Shown in pieces: positions 25,621-39,811 of a stretch of 64,000 nucleotides of DNA; position 1 is the stretch's first letter; every line of letters begins with the position of its first letter. This stretch comes from Eledone cirrhosa. Lineage: Eukaryota. The stretch covers positions 112,778,001-112,842,000 of the forward strand of contig OZ024741.1 in the NCBI GenBank assembly GCA_964016885.1, written 5' to 3'. The notes beneath the pieces are model-generated. The model did no database searches, had not been told where the DNA came from, and was given only the letters and a program-made list of their open reading frames with translations. The position numbers and the translations under genes are program-made.

Positions 25621-26294
25621 CAATATATAGGAATAAACATATATACATATTATATTATATGAATATATATATATTTATATATATGAATATATAGGAATAT
25701 TCATATATATACGTTATATTATATGAATATATATATATATATTATAGGAATATACATACATATATATATTATATTATATGAATATATATATATATATGAA
25801 TATATAGGAATATACATATATATATATATATTATATTATATGAATGTATATATTTATATGAATATATGTGTGTGTGTTTGTTTATATAATGAATGGTGTG
25901 CTCATGTGTGACAATGCTATAAAACAGCTTATAAAATAATGACAACCCTTAAGGATGGAAAAGGATGTTGGCATTGACTCCTATGCATATATATATATAC
26001 ATAAACACACACACCTCAGTGTAGAACAAGATTGCAATGAACTTTATTTAAAGAGTACAAGTTTTTTAGTTTTTCTTGTCAATGTTTAAATACTTTGTGA
26101 TATATATTGATAAAATACACACACATTTCTATAGCTAAATGCTCTTTCTGAAACTACCCAACATTTAATAAGTATAGTGTATAAAATATCTGCAGTTTTC
26201 ATCAACAAAATACCACAAACAAAGGTATTCATCAAGCCAAGCATAAGATTTAATCTAAAGTCCTGAGTTCACAAAGCAAACCCGTAAACAAAAC

Positions 26295-26467
26295 CACATC
26301 TGTACCTTCTTTTGGTATTACTTATATTCCCTAAAATCTTTAACCACTCAACTACGACTTTACGTCCTTTTCGTTACTCCTATGTTCCCTAAACATCTTA
26401 ACCACACAACCATTATGTGCCTTCTTTTCATAACATTCCTGTTCTCTAGATCGTATTTTAACAATGC
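26295..26467 (+). repeat. Degenerate tandem repeat, ~58-bp unit x3
   Basis: CCTT(C)TTT...T(A/G)TTCCCTAAA.ATCTTAACCAC.CAA recurs about every 58 bp. Confidence 0.6.
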
Positions 26468-27307
26468 ATTGCATGTTTCTTTGTGTCTTTGTATATGCAA
26501 TAATGGAATGTTAAAAATTCATTAAAAAAAATAGAATATCTTGTACATGCAAACATAATATATATAATAAATAGAATATATAACAGAAGTAAATCAATAA
26601 AAATGGGAGATGTGTTCACTCAATTACATGGTTGTGTTTCCCTTACACATTTTTCAAGTGATCCAAGAGATTCATAGCACATCCACAAATTATAGCAAGG
26701 CTAATGCACTGGAATAGCCAAGCATCCTCATGGAGAAGATGGATCATTATTGTCCAAGACAAAACTGGTTATATAACAATGTCTTAATCACACTTTCCAT
26801 ATTTTGACATGATTGTTTTGATTGGATTCCCTTCCCAACGTAAACCACTCTATAGAATGTAGTAAATGCATTTTAACATAGTACCAGCACCATTTGTAAA
26901 AAAAAAACTTTTGATACTACCAAGTATAGCTTACTAAGTCTATGTATGCACTTTCTTATTTTGAAAGCAAGTTACCACAAATTCATATCCCTTACACACA
27001 TCAACAGATTCTAATATAAGCTTCTATATTTCCACCCAAATCATGTAGATATATTTTATAAGAAACTAATGTATATGTTTCTCTTTGTATTCATAGTTCT
27101 TTAATGTACAGCATTGTTTTCAGTCGAATGTATGCAGTGTCTATGGTGTTCTGGAAATTTCTTTATCTCAAACAGTTATTATCTGTACATGAATAAATAT
27201 ACATAGTAGAAATAAAAAAAATTGTATAGAGACTTTCATCTGAGATTAATTTATGGTCACTAAATACTATTATGATTTAGTTCACTTTTACTGTTCGTTT
27301 TGATCAG

Positions 27308-27360
<53 letters not shown>

Positions 27361-27750
27361 GTCTGTGTGTGTGTGTATATTGTCTGATAGCCATTTTAAC
27401 TACAAAGATATTTGGTCGGGTGGAGGTATTCAATGTTAACATTTTCTAATTGTTTTTCATTACTGAAACATTTTGTAATGTTTTTGTTTTTATTATATGT
27501 ATTAATTTTATTATATGTCACCCTCATTTTGTTCCTTTGTAAAAATAGATGTATAGATGTCTATATATAAATGTTTTGTTTTCCTAATTTTTCGTGTTTT
27601 TTATTGGAAGTAGTGAGGGCGGGGAAATTTTGCCAAAATCACAAAACACCTCATTCTCCAGTTAGACAATTATCTTTTCTGTTTTCCATTACACAAGATG
27701 CCAAAATAGTAACAGTATAATAATGATATAATAATGGCAAAGCTGATGAG

Positions 27751-27860
27751 GTATGTATGTATGTATGCATGTATGTATATACATACATATACACATTAAG
27801 GCATACGTAAATAACTGTATATATATATGCATATATATATATATATATATATATGTATGC

Positions 27861-27911
<51 letters not shown>

Positions 27912-27922
27912 CATGTATCTAA

Positions 27923-27965
<43 letters not shown>

Positions 27966-28023
27966 TGTATGTATGTATGCATATGTGTATGTATATATAT
28001 ATAAGTATATATATATATATATC

Positions 28024-28095
<72 letters not shown>

Positions 28096-28110
28096 GTATA
28101 TATATATATG

Positions 28111-28177
<67 letters not shown>

Positions 28178-28207
28178 GTGTATGTATATATAAATATGTA
28201 TATATAC

Positions 28208-28262
<55 letters not shown>

Positions 28263-28748
28263 CGTATATATATATATGTGTATGCGTATATATATATATG
28301 CGTATATATATATATATGTATATATATATATGTATGCATATATATATATATTTATATATATGTATATATATATATATGTATGCGTATATATATATATATA
28401 TGTATGCGTATATATATATATGTATGCGTATATATATATATGCGTATATATATATATATATATGTATGCATATATATATATGTATATATATATATATATG
28501 CATACATATATATATATATGAATATATATATAAGTATGCGTATATATATGTATGAATATATATATATATCTATGAATATATATGTGTATGTATATATATA
28601 TATATATATGAAGGCATATATGTATGTATATATATATACATACATATATGCCTTCATATATATATATATATATACATACACATATATATTCATAGATATA
28701 TATATATATATTCATACATATATATATATATACATATATATATATGTA

Positions 28749-28788
<40 letters not shown>

Positions 28789-29096
28789 CGTATATATATA
28801 TATGTATGCGTATATATATATATGTATGAATATATATATATATGTATGAATATATATGTGTATGTATATATATATATACATACATATATGCCTTCATATA
28901 TATATATATATATACATACACATATATATTCATAGATATATATATATTCATACATATATATTCATACATGTATATATATATATATATGCATGTGTATATA
29001 TATATATTTATATATGTATATATATATATATATGCATGCATATATATATATCTTCATATATGTATGTATATATATGTATGCAAGTATATATATATC

Positions 29097-29153
<57 letters not shown>

Positions 29154-29160
29154 GAAGATA
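27751..29160. repeat. ~1.4-kb complex (TA)n microsatellite with internal inversions
   Basis: TATG/TGCG interruptions; mirrored GAAGGC/GCCTTC markers at 28610 and 28650, and GCCTTC again at 28890. Confidence 0.9.
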
Positions 29161-29799
29161 TAATGTAATCAGTTAGTAGCAAATTTATATGAGGAAATTA
29201 CCTTCTTTGTTAGTAGAGTTATCATTGAAAAGCCATTGCACTCTATTTGTTCCATAATCTGTTTATTGCAATAATAACTCAATCAGACTGTCCTTCTCTT
29301 TTCAGACGTGTTATCTCTAATGTTCTTTCTTTAAGAAGAAAAAAAAACTGTGTAAATGTAATAAACACATTATAGGCACAAACATGGCTATGTGGGTAAG
29401 GAATTTGTTTCGTGGCCACATTGTTCTAGGTTCAATTTCATTGTCTGGTACCCTTTACAAGTGTCTTCTTGTATATATTTGGCTTTAGTGAGAGTGAGAG
29501 AGAATTTTACACTTAAGGTGAGTAGCCACTCTGAATAGAAAGTCAATATAGGGTAGTAGAGACACTTACGTTGTGGTCGACATATCTATTACTGGTGACA
29601 TGATGAAATGCACCCAGTCCATACTGTAAAGTGGTTGTTGATACGAAGAGCATCCAGCCAATAAAACCTCGACCTGTACAACTGAAAAGAAAATGTCCAA
29701 CCCAATAAAAGCATGAGAAAATGGATGTAAAAGGATCATGTTGCTGGTAATAATGATGATGATGAGGAGGTTTATGATAAACATACATTTATGTAATAA

Positions 29800-31870
29800 C
29801 TATATTGTGTATATAATCATAGAATGCCAGAAGAATTTATGTTTTACATTCTGTTAATCATAATTGGAGTGCTCCGATTGGTTCATGATAAACTGATAGA
29901 AAATATCAACTTGTCATCATTTGCCATTAATTCCAAGATTGTTTGTAGTTGATCTGCTGCATCAGGTTCATATTCTTAAATCCAATTGTCTGGATTAACT
30001 GAAACTCTTGCATTCAAACGGATTTTCTATATTTCTGACACAATTTTTTTGTGAAATGCTTTTTTCTGTTATTGGTGATTGTCTCATATACAACTCAATT
30101 CATCCAAATAAATTCAATATTGAACACAGAAGCAAACAAAATTTCATTATAAAATCATTAGAACAGTTAATGGATAGGCATGCTTTAAGCTATTTATCAC
30201 TTACTGCTGCAATAAGCTTAGAGAAATAAAATATTTAGGCTCTGTTATAATTCAACAGAATTTTACTATCAAAGAGAAAGTGGTATGCATAGAAAATATT
30301 AATAAATAAATTGCATTATTCTAAAAAGCTGTTTGGTTTTTCAGGTGATGTATTACCAATTCAAAATTCAAATTTAAGGAAGCTACATTTGAGTTTAAGT
30401 CGAGTCAATTCATTCTGCATGAATAATACATTAGTTTTATGAAATATGGAGAATTTTGTCAGGTCACAGAATCAAAAACTGATTCATTTGTTTTCAAGAT
30501 GTTATTCCATAATAATGTATGCAATCGATATAATTATAGAAACACAACTAAATTAATAGATTTAAAGCACTGTTCACATGACAAGGCTTATTTATAACAT
30601 GCCTAAACACGAATTCTTGAGCATATTATCAACATGAATCCAACTATTATTGCTTGATTCAGAAAATAAGTGCCAAAACATATACTGGGAAACAATTCAA
30701 AGAATATTACCAAACCAATGGCATTATCTTTGTCTCACATTACCAACTACAAGCTACTAATTTTATAATTCAAGATACTTGAAGTTGATTTACAAGGTAT
30801 CCGGCATAATACAACTTGTTTGACAGTTTTAGAAAAGTGGAGTTCATTTGGTTAATTCTTTCTTTGAATCTACTGTTGACAATTCCATCAATGATTTTCA
30901 TAGTTTACTTGGCTCCAACCTACTTCAATATCTGGAGCCGTTAGCGACAGTTAGTCTAAATGATGGATTAGCTCATTAAGTTCAAAACAGACTTACTGCT
31001 TTTGGCAATATTCAGTATTATTCAAAATTGCCAGTTCAAAGGTCTTCTCACAATAACCACATCTCTAGTAACTGATAACATTGAAACTCCATATCAGAAT
31101 ATACTGGTCAACAATATTATATCACCAATGCAATCTTATTTTAATCCTATGGAATTAATTGCTGCTGGAAGTGAGATTGATTTAAAATTTGATATTCTTT
31201 AAAAGGTTGAGAGAGACTCAGCTTAAAAGATTGCACACAATTGGAAGCTAAAAATATGCTGATAAAATAGATTTAATGCTTCAATTGAATTAGGGGAAGG
31301 CCATTATTAAATAGGCATTCTTTTCACAGATAAGTTTGGTTTCGTAACTTCTAATTTTCAGGTGGTTCATGCCATATTAATGTGTATGTGAGTCACTCAC
31401 AAGGAAAGAAATGTTTAAAGATATGGATCAAATTTTCAAACAATAACTTGAGTCTGCAAGAATGTTGATTATTACAACCATTACAAATAAGAAATATGTA
31501 TGAGTATTCTTCAATGGTAACCTAAAGCTCAACAAAATAACTCTATTGTTGAATCAAGTGTGTTCATCTGATTTACACCTGATGGAAAATTAGTAGATTT
31601 CACATAAGAATGTATTTCTAACCATGCTATGAAATGAGCTTTTAATTATAACCCTTAAAGAAGACATGTAGGTTGAACAGAGAATGATTGCATTTTAGAA
31701 CCAGCTTTTATATGATGTGCTGCTTATTTTCCTCAATATAGCCATTGCCAAATCTAAACCATCAGATCATTTATTCTAAATAATTACTGATATTTATCCC
31801 CCTATCTACAGATCTTTAACTCCTGATAGTGTTGTAGAGGTGCCATTGTGAATAGGGCATGTTATGGACA
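29800..31870 (+). mobile_element. Highly decayed BEL/Pao LTR-retrotransposon internal fragment (protease to pre-RT region)
   Basis: Across stops and frameshifts: LLGSNLLQYLEPLATVSLNDGLAH*VQNRLTAFGNI; LVNNIISPMQSYFNPMELIAAGSEID; FNASIELGEGHY..; VTSNFQVVHAIL; DQIFKQ. Motif order recalled from BEL/Pao polyproteins; not database-verified. Confidence 0.5.
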
Positions 31871-33009
31871 TTTAAATCTAGCAAAACCCATCCCCCTTCA
31901 TCCTTGATTTCCTTCAGAGAACGTTAGAAAGAGATATAGAGGAATAATCATCCACAGTACTGGACTAGTACTTTGTTTATTGACCTTGAAAGAGTGAAAA
32001 TCAAAGTTGAACTCAACAGGATTTGAATTCACATAGCATGGAGCATCAGACCAAATACTGCAAAGCATTCTATTCAATGTTCTAATGACTCAGCCAATTC
32101 ACTGCATATAATTCCTCATATAAACAGAGCAAAAGCATTATTTATTCAACAGGATAATTATAGGAAGCCCTCTCCTCCTCAGAGATGAAATATAAAAGTA
32201 TAAAATGTATATATAGCTGAGATTCTTCTGTAACTATATTCATAATAAAAGGCACTGCCTATAATTTCAAATCATTCTGAAAAATGATCAAGAATTTGGA
32301 AAGATTTAGTAAATTGACAAAATTTCTCATTTTTAAGCTGGTATTTGGAACATATCTTAATAGTGGTTCTTACTAATATCATGACAGGTTTTAAAATATA
32401 TATAAAGACTTTAAACTAAACAGCTTAGTATCATAAACTAGAGGTATTGTGATATCAAAAGCATTAATCAGCAAAAGGTAAGAACGAAAATCAGATAAAA
32501 TTAAACTAAGTAGTTGAAGAAAAATCTAAAACACTTTTTGTAACCTAAAGCCAACTTCTTTCTGTTTCCAGTAATTAACTGCATTTATATAGAGTTAGGG
32601 TGGCAAAACTGTTTAAGACAGCACACAGAACCACTGTACTTGTTACTTTCTTTTATTGATCGATATACCTGACTGTAAATGAATTCAAATTCCTGTTGTC
32701 GATGTCGATATATAGTTGATTGAATCAATTCCAAAGCCTGTCTATTTCCGAAACAGAGACATTGACCTTCAGTTAATCAAAAGGAATTTTCTTGATCGTG
32801 GTTTTCATTTCTATCAGTTCATTTCTGGCTATGCTGTTAGATGAAGTAAAGGTAAAGTTTCAGTTGATGTTTCCCTTCTTAACAAGAAGAAAGTGTGATT
32901 GCTAATGGTAAATAAATTTAAAGAAATAAAATTAATAAGACATGAAGAAGTGAAAATCCATATGGCTGCAGTCTAATGAATAAAAGCAGTAAAAAAATAA
33001 AATAACGAT

Positions 33010-33435
33010 TTCTATTTTAGGTACAAGGTCAGCAATTTGAGGGGAAGGGGAAAGTCAATTAAATTGACCTCAGTAACTGACTGGTACTTTATTTTATCAA
33101 ACTTGGAAGGATGAAAATAAAGTTGAACTTGGCAGGATATGAATTTAGAATGTAGAAAACAAAATACCACAAAGTTTTTAGTCCAATGCTCCACAGATTC
33201 TGCCGATACACCCACCTCATTGTTTCTAGTTTAGGAACAAGGTCTGAAATGTGTGGGGTAATAAAAGCTGATTACATTGATACAGGTACTTGACTAGTAG
33301 TATATTTTATCAACCTTGGAAGGTTGAATGGTAAAATTGACTTGACAGGATTTGAAATTAGAATGTATAGGGCTATAAAAAATATTGCAATGTATATCAT
33401 CTGACTCACTAATAAGTCTGTCAATCCATTGCCCT
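33010..33435 (-). mobile_element. Two tandem decayed Nin-type SINEs (other decayed copies at 31955-32105, 33680-33880, 34355-34540)
   Basis: Repeated GGTACTT...TTTTATC.ACC..GGAAGGATGAA..G.AAAGTTGA motif. Confidence 0.7.
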
Positions 33436-34965
33436 TTAAAAGAATAACAAAATGTAACCAATAAGAGTAAAACGACACTAAGTTTCGGGAACAAAAAGAA
33501 ATTAAAGAAACCATTTCATCACTGACCTAAGAATATCACTGCAGTCTTTTAGAGAGGCTTACATTTTGATTACCGCAATTCTAATGAAAGATTGCCTATG
33601 ACTTTCAAAACATTTTGAAAATATCAAGAGTTTGGAGGGATTTAGTGATATAACTAACTTACTCATTATTAAACTGGTATGATAATGGCAGTCCTTTGAG
33701 CATCAAACAAATGTGTAGAAGTATTTGTTCCAACTCTTTCTAAGTTAGTACACTATGGTCAACTTTGTCTTTCATCTTTCTGGAATAAATAAAATAAAAT
33801 ACCAGTCAAGTGCTTGGATTGATGTAGTCAACTTTACCCTTCCCCAAAATTTTCTGGCATTGTGTCTAAATTAGAAATTATGAAGGTATTGAGACATACA
33901 TATATAAACACTTTAAAATAAACAGTTATGTATCATAGAATCAGGGGTAATTTTAGGTGGTTTGGTGTCAAAAGAGTTAACAATAAAAATGCAGGATTAA
34001 TAAGAATAAAATCTACAGAAACTAAATTAACAAAAAGGTGTGAAAAGACAAAAATGTATGACACCTAAACATTTCAGGAAAAAAATATTTAATGAAAGAA
34101 TTTGATCACTTATCTAAGAATTACATCATAACCTTTTAACAAAACTTAAATGAACATTTTATTATACTTCAGAAGGTTCATGCTGGCAATAGAAATACAA
34201 GTATCAATTGAGTTTCCCTTTGAACTGAAAAACACGAAGGAGTATGGAAAACAAAGTATAAATGAAGAGGAGACTAAGAGGAGCAAGAATAGTTATTGAG
34301 GACACAGAATAGGTTACTAAACTGACTGAGTAATGGATTAGTTACCTTGATAGTAATAGTTTCTACTTTAGGCACAAGGCCAGTAATTACCCCAGTGCAT
34401 TATTGGTGCTTTATTTTATCAACACTGTAAGGATGAAAGGCAAAGTTAACCTTGGCGGGATTTGAACCCAGATTATAAAGGGCCATAACTCTGTGTTGCA
34501 AAGCATGGTGTCTGAAACTCTACCAATACTGCTAATCCAACTTGATAATAATGAAATCAAGTTGTGCATGTGTTTTTATTGGCAACATGACCCTTCCAAG
34601 TATAACAATATCGGTTTTAACACACAACTTCACATGAAAAAATTAGCAAAACGAATGCCAAGATGAAACATGTAAACATCGACTAAAAGGAATTTGTTGT
34701 TAAATTTTTTGTTTCACTAAAAAAAAAAAAAATTCAATTTAAAAACTAATAACATTGATATTTTCTCACAAAACTAAAATTGACTCTTAAAAAATGACAT
34801 TAAGATTAAATACAATTTATATAATGTTTATGATTTATGAAAGAAACAAATCAATAAAAATTTGAAAGAAGAAAAAGGGGAGAAGTTGTTCACACTGTAG
34901 CACACTATAACAGGGAATGTTAAATAATTCCCTCTAATTTTTTTTAGATAAGCCAAAACACTCAC

Positions 34966-35093
34966 AGAAGGCACTGGGTTTTCCAAGTACCCTTGTAGGC
35001 ATCACTTGATACTTCACTAGAAGGTGCCAGCAGCAATGACATAAGCATCATCTGCTCTCCAAAATGTCTGCCCTCCAAAGTGATATTCAAGCT
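34966..35093 (-). other. Candidate exon (128 bp)
   Basis: Acceptor TTTCTTTTCTGCTGTTTAATTTCAACTAG|, donor CT|GTGAGT, GC higher than flanks. Readings: SLNITLEGRHFGEQMMLMSLLLAPSSEVSSDAYKGTWKTQCL (open) or LEYHFGGQTFWRADDAYVIAAGTF*. Confidence 0.45.
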
Positions 35094-36230
35094 CTAGTTG
35101 AAATTAAACAGCAGAAAAGAAATTTAAACTCAGATATACAGTGCTTATTTCATGTTCATTTATTTATCACTGTTGATACTAAATCACTTCAACCCAACCC
35201 TGGATATATGATATAAAGCTGTTTTATCTGAAAACCTTCAATCATAATTCTAAGAACTTTTATGTTCCAGCTACCAGTTTAGTAATACGAATATTAGTTA
35301 CAACACTACTAAATCTCTTCAAAATCATTGGTAATGTCTAAGAAACTTGTAATTATTTAAATTTTTATTTTCCATCTAATCTCTTAGTTGAGGAGGGGGG
35401 CAGCACCCACTAGGCCTTTCAGTGCCTTGGGGACTATTAGGAAGAAATTACTCATATCAGAAACCTGGCCTGAATACTTGCAGCACTGGAAGACTCAGAA
35501 AGCAGGCATCCATGTACCAATAGGCTGTGTTAAACTGAGCAACTAATTAAGTCTGGTCCATTCTTTGAACATGCTATAACCATAGCCTGAATTGGTAGGA
35601 GTCATTACAACATTAAGTAGAATGCTTTGTGGTATTTGTTCAAATCCTGCTGAGGTCAATTATGACTTTCATCCATTCAAGGCCAGTACTGGGTCAATTC
35701 ATCCTTTATATCTCTTCCTCACTTCCTCTCCCTCCTTCTTTGAAAGAAATTGACTGTGTTCAGACCTGGAGAGGAATGGGTTCTGCCAAGAAATGTATGT
35801 CACTACAGTGCACCTACAACTCCATTAAGAGTTATGGGCCTATACATACATTACCATAAATACCTCTCTTATGTTTGGGAACTCAATATATAATATAGCT
35901 CTATTTTCCATTTGCTTTTGCTCCTATCATGAATAACACTACCACTTAATCGCCTGTGTTAATGTATAAAACCTTTTAAATGAAAAATATGCTTACAAGT
36001 TCAGTTTTAATTATTCTTAGATCAAAGCCAAATGGCCTTTAGACATTTAATTTTATTTTTAAAATACTTAAAAGTTCTTGTACACTAAAATGATAAAACA
36101 AGAGGCTGTTTAAAAGTTGTTCTAAAAATAATTTATTAGAAGCAATGATGAGAAAGATGGAACAATTTAACATCTCTATTCATTGCCATTACAGATTCTT
36201 AGAAGTTGCTATTAATTTACAAAAACTTAC

Positions 36231-36303
36231 TATTACTGGATGATATTAAGAAATTTAATACTTTTCGTAATGCATTGTTGCATAAAACTATAAGTAAAGT
36301 AAT
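36231..36303 (-). other. Candidate exon (73 bp)
   Basis: Acceptor TTGATTTTTCTGTTCAG|, donor ATA|GTAAGT; phase-0 frame ITLLIVLCNNALRKVLNFLISSSN is open. Confidence 0.35.
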
Positions 36304-37404
36304 CTGAACAGAAAAATCAATTTTTGATAATCTGTATATCATAAAATGAGGTGAAATTTGGATATGCATCACCATATATCACTTTTCTTTCACCGTTTGT
36401 CGCTCATTTTATTTGTTGGCTCCTGTAACAATTGTTTGGAAATACATCAAAGAGATTAATTTATATCTCTATTGGCATTGTATTTAGCAGGAGATTATGA
36501 TTTGGACTCAGACTTTGTTCAGTAAATTTAACTGAACAAAACTTTGATTGTTCATTTCTCTTATTCCATCATCATAAATATTAATATCAATCAATTACTT
36601 GTAAAGATCGAACTTTTCCAATAATATCTACAATGTTGTTAATGTTGTTTGATTTATATTTGAAAAGTTTTCAAACTTGTTATTGTGATAAAAATTACTC
36701 TGTTGGGATTATGAAATAGAAAGACATTGAATATTATCAATACCCTTCTAATCATCTACTCTTTTACTGGTTTTAGTAATTGGACTGTGGTCATGCTGGG
36801 TCCCTATCCTGAAGGGATTTAGTCATTAGACTGTGGCCATGTTAGAGTGCTGCCTACCTTGTAGGGATTTATTCATTGGACTGCAGCTATGGTTGGCATG
36901 GCCATGACGCTGTTTTGTCGATTGTATCTACCCCAGTACTTATTTCCTTCAAGTCTGGTATTTATTTTATCACTCTCTTTTGACAACCTCCTAAACTATA
37001 GGACTTAAGAGCACAATAAACGTAATCATGGCTACACACATATACAAACCCACACATGCATGTGCACATGTACACACATACACACACCACATACATGATG
37101 GGCTTTCACACAATTTCTGGCTATCCAACTTCACTCACAAGGTATTGCTCAACCCAAAATTATAGTAAAAGATATATCCAAGTTGCTTCACAGTAAAAGT
37201 AAATCCAAATCTAATCTCTTGGGGTCACTGGATAGACAATGGGCTGATCATTATCAATAGTAAACAATTTTGAAGATAAATGCACAAAATACACAAAGTC
37301 ATTCATGTTGAAAGAAGCAGTTTTACATCCTCCCATATATTGCCTTACCATCTCTGGGTAGAGGTGCCAGAGGTCAAAACCATAGCCAAGGAGCAGAGGT
37401 TTCA

Positions 37405-37466
37405 GTATAAACAGTCAAAAGTCAGAGCAATGAGCTCTCATTGCTCTGACTTTTGACTGCTTATAC
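37405..37466. repeat. 62-bp near-perfect hairpin
   Basis: GTATAAACAGTCAAAAGTCAGAGCAATGAG-CT-CTCATTGCTCTGACTTTTGACTGCTTATAC (one mismatch). Confidence 0.9.
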
Positions 37467-38735
37467 ATGTGTAAGACAGAGGTTTGAATGTATTTGTGAC
37501 ATCTGCTGTACATATACATCTGTTGAAATATAATATTATATCTATTTGAAAATTTATAACTTAATGGAATAGATCCATTTGGCTTGGATTGTTTCCATTA
37601 AGGTGATAGAGGGAAAATATTATCAATATAATATCAAAACATGTGTATTTATTCTCATCATGTAGAATATATTTGATTAAATAGAGAGCATTATCCAAGT
37701 GGGAGTGTGGAATTACAAGGTACTATTCTGAGTACTGTATATAAATATAAACATACACACACACACATATATATAGATAAATTCACACCCCACCACACAA
37801 AAGGAAAGTGAGAAACTTCGTCATTGAACAATTACTTCAAGGAAGTAACAGCTTACATTCATTCCATACAACTTTTTAGAATCAATACTCAATTTTCTAA
37901 TTTGGTTTTTCATTCAAAAAGAAAAATTTGGATAGAAAAGTTTGTGATATAAATCCTAATAAGCTCTTAAGAACGCACATTGCGCCATTTTTTCTCTTTT
38001 TACCTGGTTTAAAGAATGTCAAGTTAATTTAACGGTAGGTAAAAGGGAAACCTGTTTTATATCAATCTTTTACTTTACTAAACTCAAAACTATTTCTCTT
38101 TCAATTGCATTGCAGTTAGATTTTAGATCTTTTTATTTTTTTACATTTGGTAATTAAATATTGTGGATGCAGGCATGGCTGAATAGTTAAGAAGTTTCCT
38201 TTGCAATTATGAGATCCTTTATTCAATCTTACTGTGTGATATCTGAGGCAAGTGTCTACCAAACATAGCATAGGCTCAACCCAGGCCTTATCCGTGAAAT
38301 TGGGTAGATAGAAACTATGTGGAAGCTAGTCAGATGGACTATACCTGTAATTGAAAATATCAGCTTTATCACATTTTTTCCTGCTTAATTGGCTTGTGAA
38401 TTTCTTTAACCCTTTAACATTTACACCAGCTGTATCCAGCCAGAATTCTCCCACAACCTTCTGTTGAAACTAGCTGTAACTGGCCATGCGTACTGATGTT
38501 AAGGTATTGTTCACAAAATTAATAATATCAAAATCTCATGGAGTCGATATTATGTGAGAATATTATGTAAGATAAAGCCTTCACCACAAACATACAACAG
38601 TATATACAGAGAAATGATGAGAGAGTAGTGGTGGTGGCAAGGATATAACAGCTGTTAGTGGAATCAACTGACAATTGTGTACTTTATTGATGTGTGGTTA
38701 ACATTTATTCAATTCATTATTAATATATTTGTAAG

Positions 38736-38925
38736 GGTGGTGGATTGGCAGTATCGGTAGAGGGTCGGACACCATGCTTTGACACATTGATTTATGGCCC
38801 TTACCATTCTGAGTTCAAATCCCGCCGAGGTTAACTTTGCCTTTCATCCTTACGGGGTCGATAAAATAAAGTACCAGTAATGCACTGGGATAATTGCTGG
38901 CCTTGTGCCAAAAGTAGAAACAATC
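38736..38925 (+). mobile_element. Full-length young Nin/Deu-domain tRNA-derived SINE
   Basis: A box TGGCAGTATCGG, B box GAGTTCAAATCC, core GCCTTTCATCCTTACGGGGTCGATAAAATAAAGTACCAGT, 3' GGCCTTGTGCCAAAAGTAGAAACAAT. Confidence 0.9.
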
Positions 38926-39019
38926 ATTAATATATTTGTAAATCTAATGTTAAAAATCAATTTAAACAAAAATCTACTGTGATATGGTTCCCATGACGAA
39001 TGTTCTACTTGTATGAGCA

Positions 39020-39285
39020 GCCTGCTTGTAAAATTAACTTGCTAGTGACTGAGCATTCTACATATAAGTTCATCCTTAGTGTAGTTTTCAGGAAGATTCA
39101 ACATGACAAAGAGTGACAAGGCTGGCCCTTTGATCTACAAGTACAACTCATTTTTGTCAGCTGTGTGATTGTAGCAACGTAGAATAAAGTGTCTTGCTCA
39201 AGAATACAACATGCTAACACCAATCGATATGACAGCCTTACGATTGTCAGTTGAACACTCTAATCACTAAACAACATGCTTTCAT
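39020..39285 (-). mobile_element. tRNA-derived SINE (second family; copies at 49665-49915, 53930-54045, 59080-59220)
   Basis: Shared GAGCATTC.ACA...CAAGGCTGGCCCTTTGAA.TACAAGTACAACTCATTTTTG...GTGTCTTGCTCAAG. Confidence 0.75.
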
Positions 39286-39633
39286 ACCGTAATACAATTG
39301 TGATTTGCCGTTTTGTGTTGATAATTTGTAAAAATGTTGATTATTTTGAAAATCTGGTTTCAGTCATAGTGACATTATTCCTCACTTTCCTATTGAATTT
39401 GGGTCCTATTGTTATGAAGTCAATAAATAATTTCCAGCTGTCATTATGAAATGTAATAGAATAGTTTCTCAATAAGGCCATGAGAAATGCAGGCAATATT
39501 TTGTTTTTTAACCACATGATACCGCAGTTGTGATTGGTCAATTGCTTAATAATATCATCTTAAAATGCTGCTGATTGGCTGAACATATGATCTCAACATC
39601 CAAATTCACAAAATCTGTAAACAATAAAATAAT

Positions 39634-39723
39634 TGTTTCTACTTTTGGCACAAGGCCATCAATTAACCAGTACATTACTGGTACTTATTTTATTGACCCC
39701 GTAAGGATGAAAGCAAAGTTAAC
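39634..39723 (-). mobile_element. 5'-truncated Nin-type SINE with 19-bp TSD
   Basis: CTGTAAACAATAAAATAAT at 39615-39633 and 39724-39742. Confidence 0.9.
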
Positions 39724-39811
39724 CTGTAAACAATAAAATAATGATTGGAAATTGATTATTTATTCCAGAATAATGAGCAAGCTTCATCAATGAAGATAAC
39801 CTATATATATA

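Noticed and set aside
27255-27310. CTGATCA...GAAC on the minus strand
   Set aside because: Two core changes and no stem II.
27651-28955. 434-aa ORF and the many other YIYI/HTHT/CVCV ORFs
   Set aside because: Translations of stop-free (TA)n/(CA)n microsatellites; no coding signal.
32679-32845. Short open frames and splice-like sites on both strands
   Set aside because: No recognisable protein, and strand and phase are ambiguous.
39341-39541. 66-aa minus-strand ORF as a host exon
   Set aside because: All three frames from the nearby acceptor hit stops; no recognisable motif.
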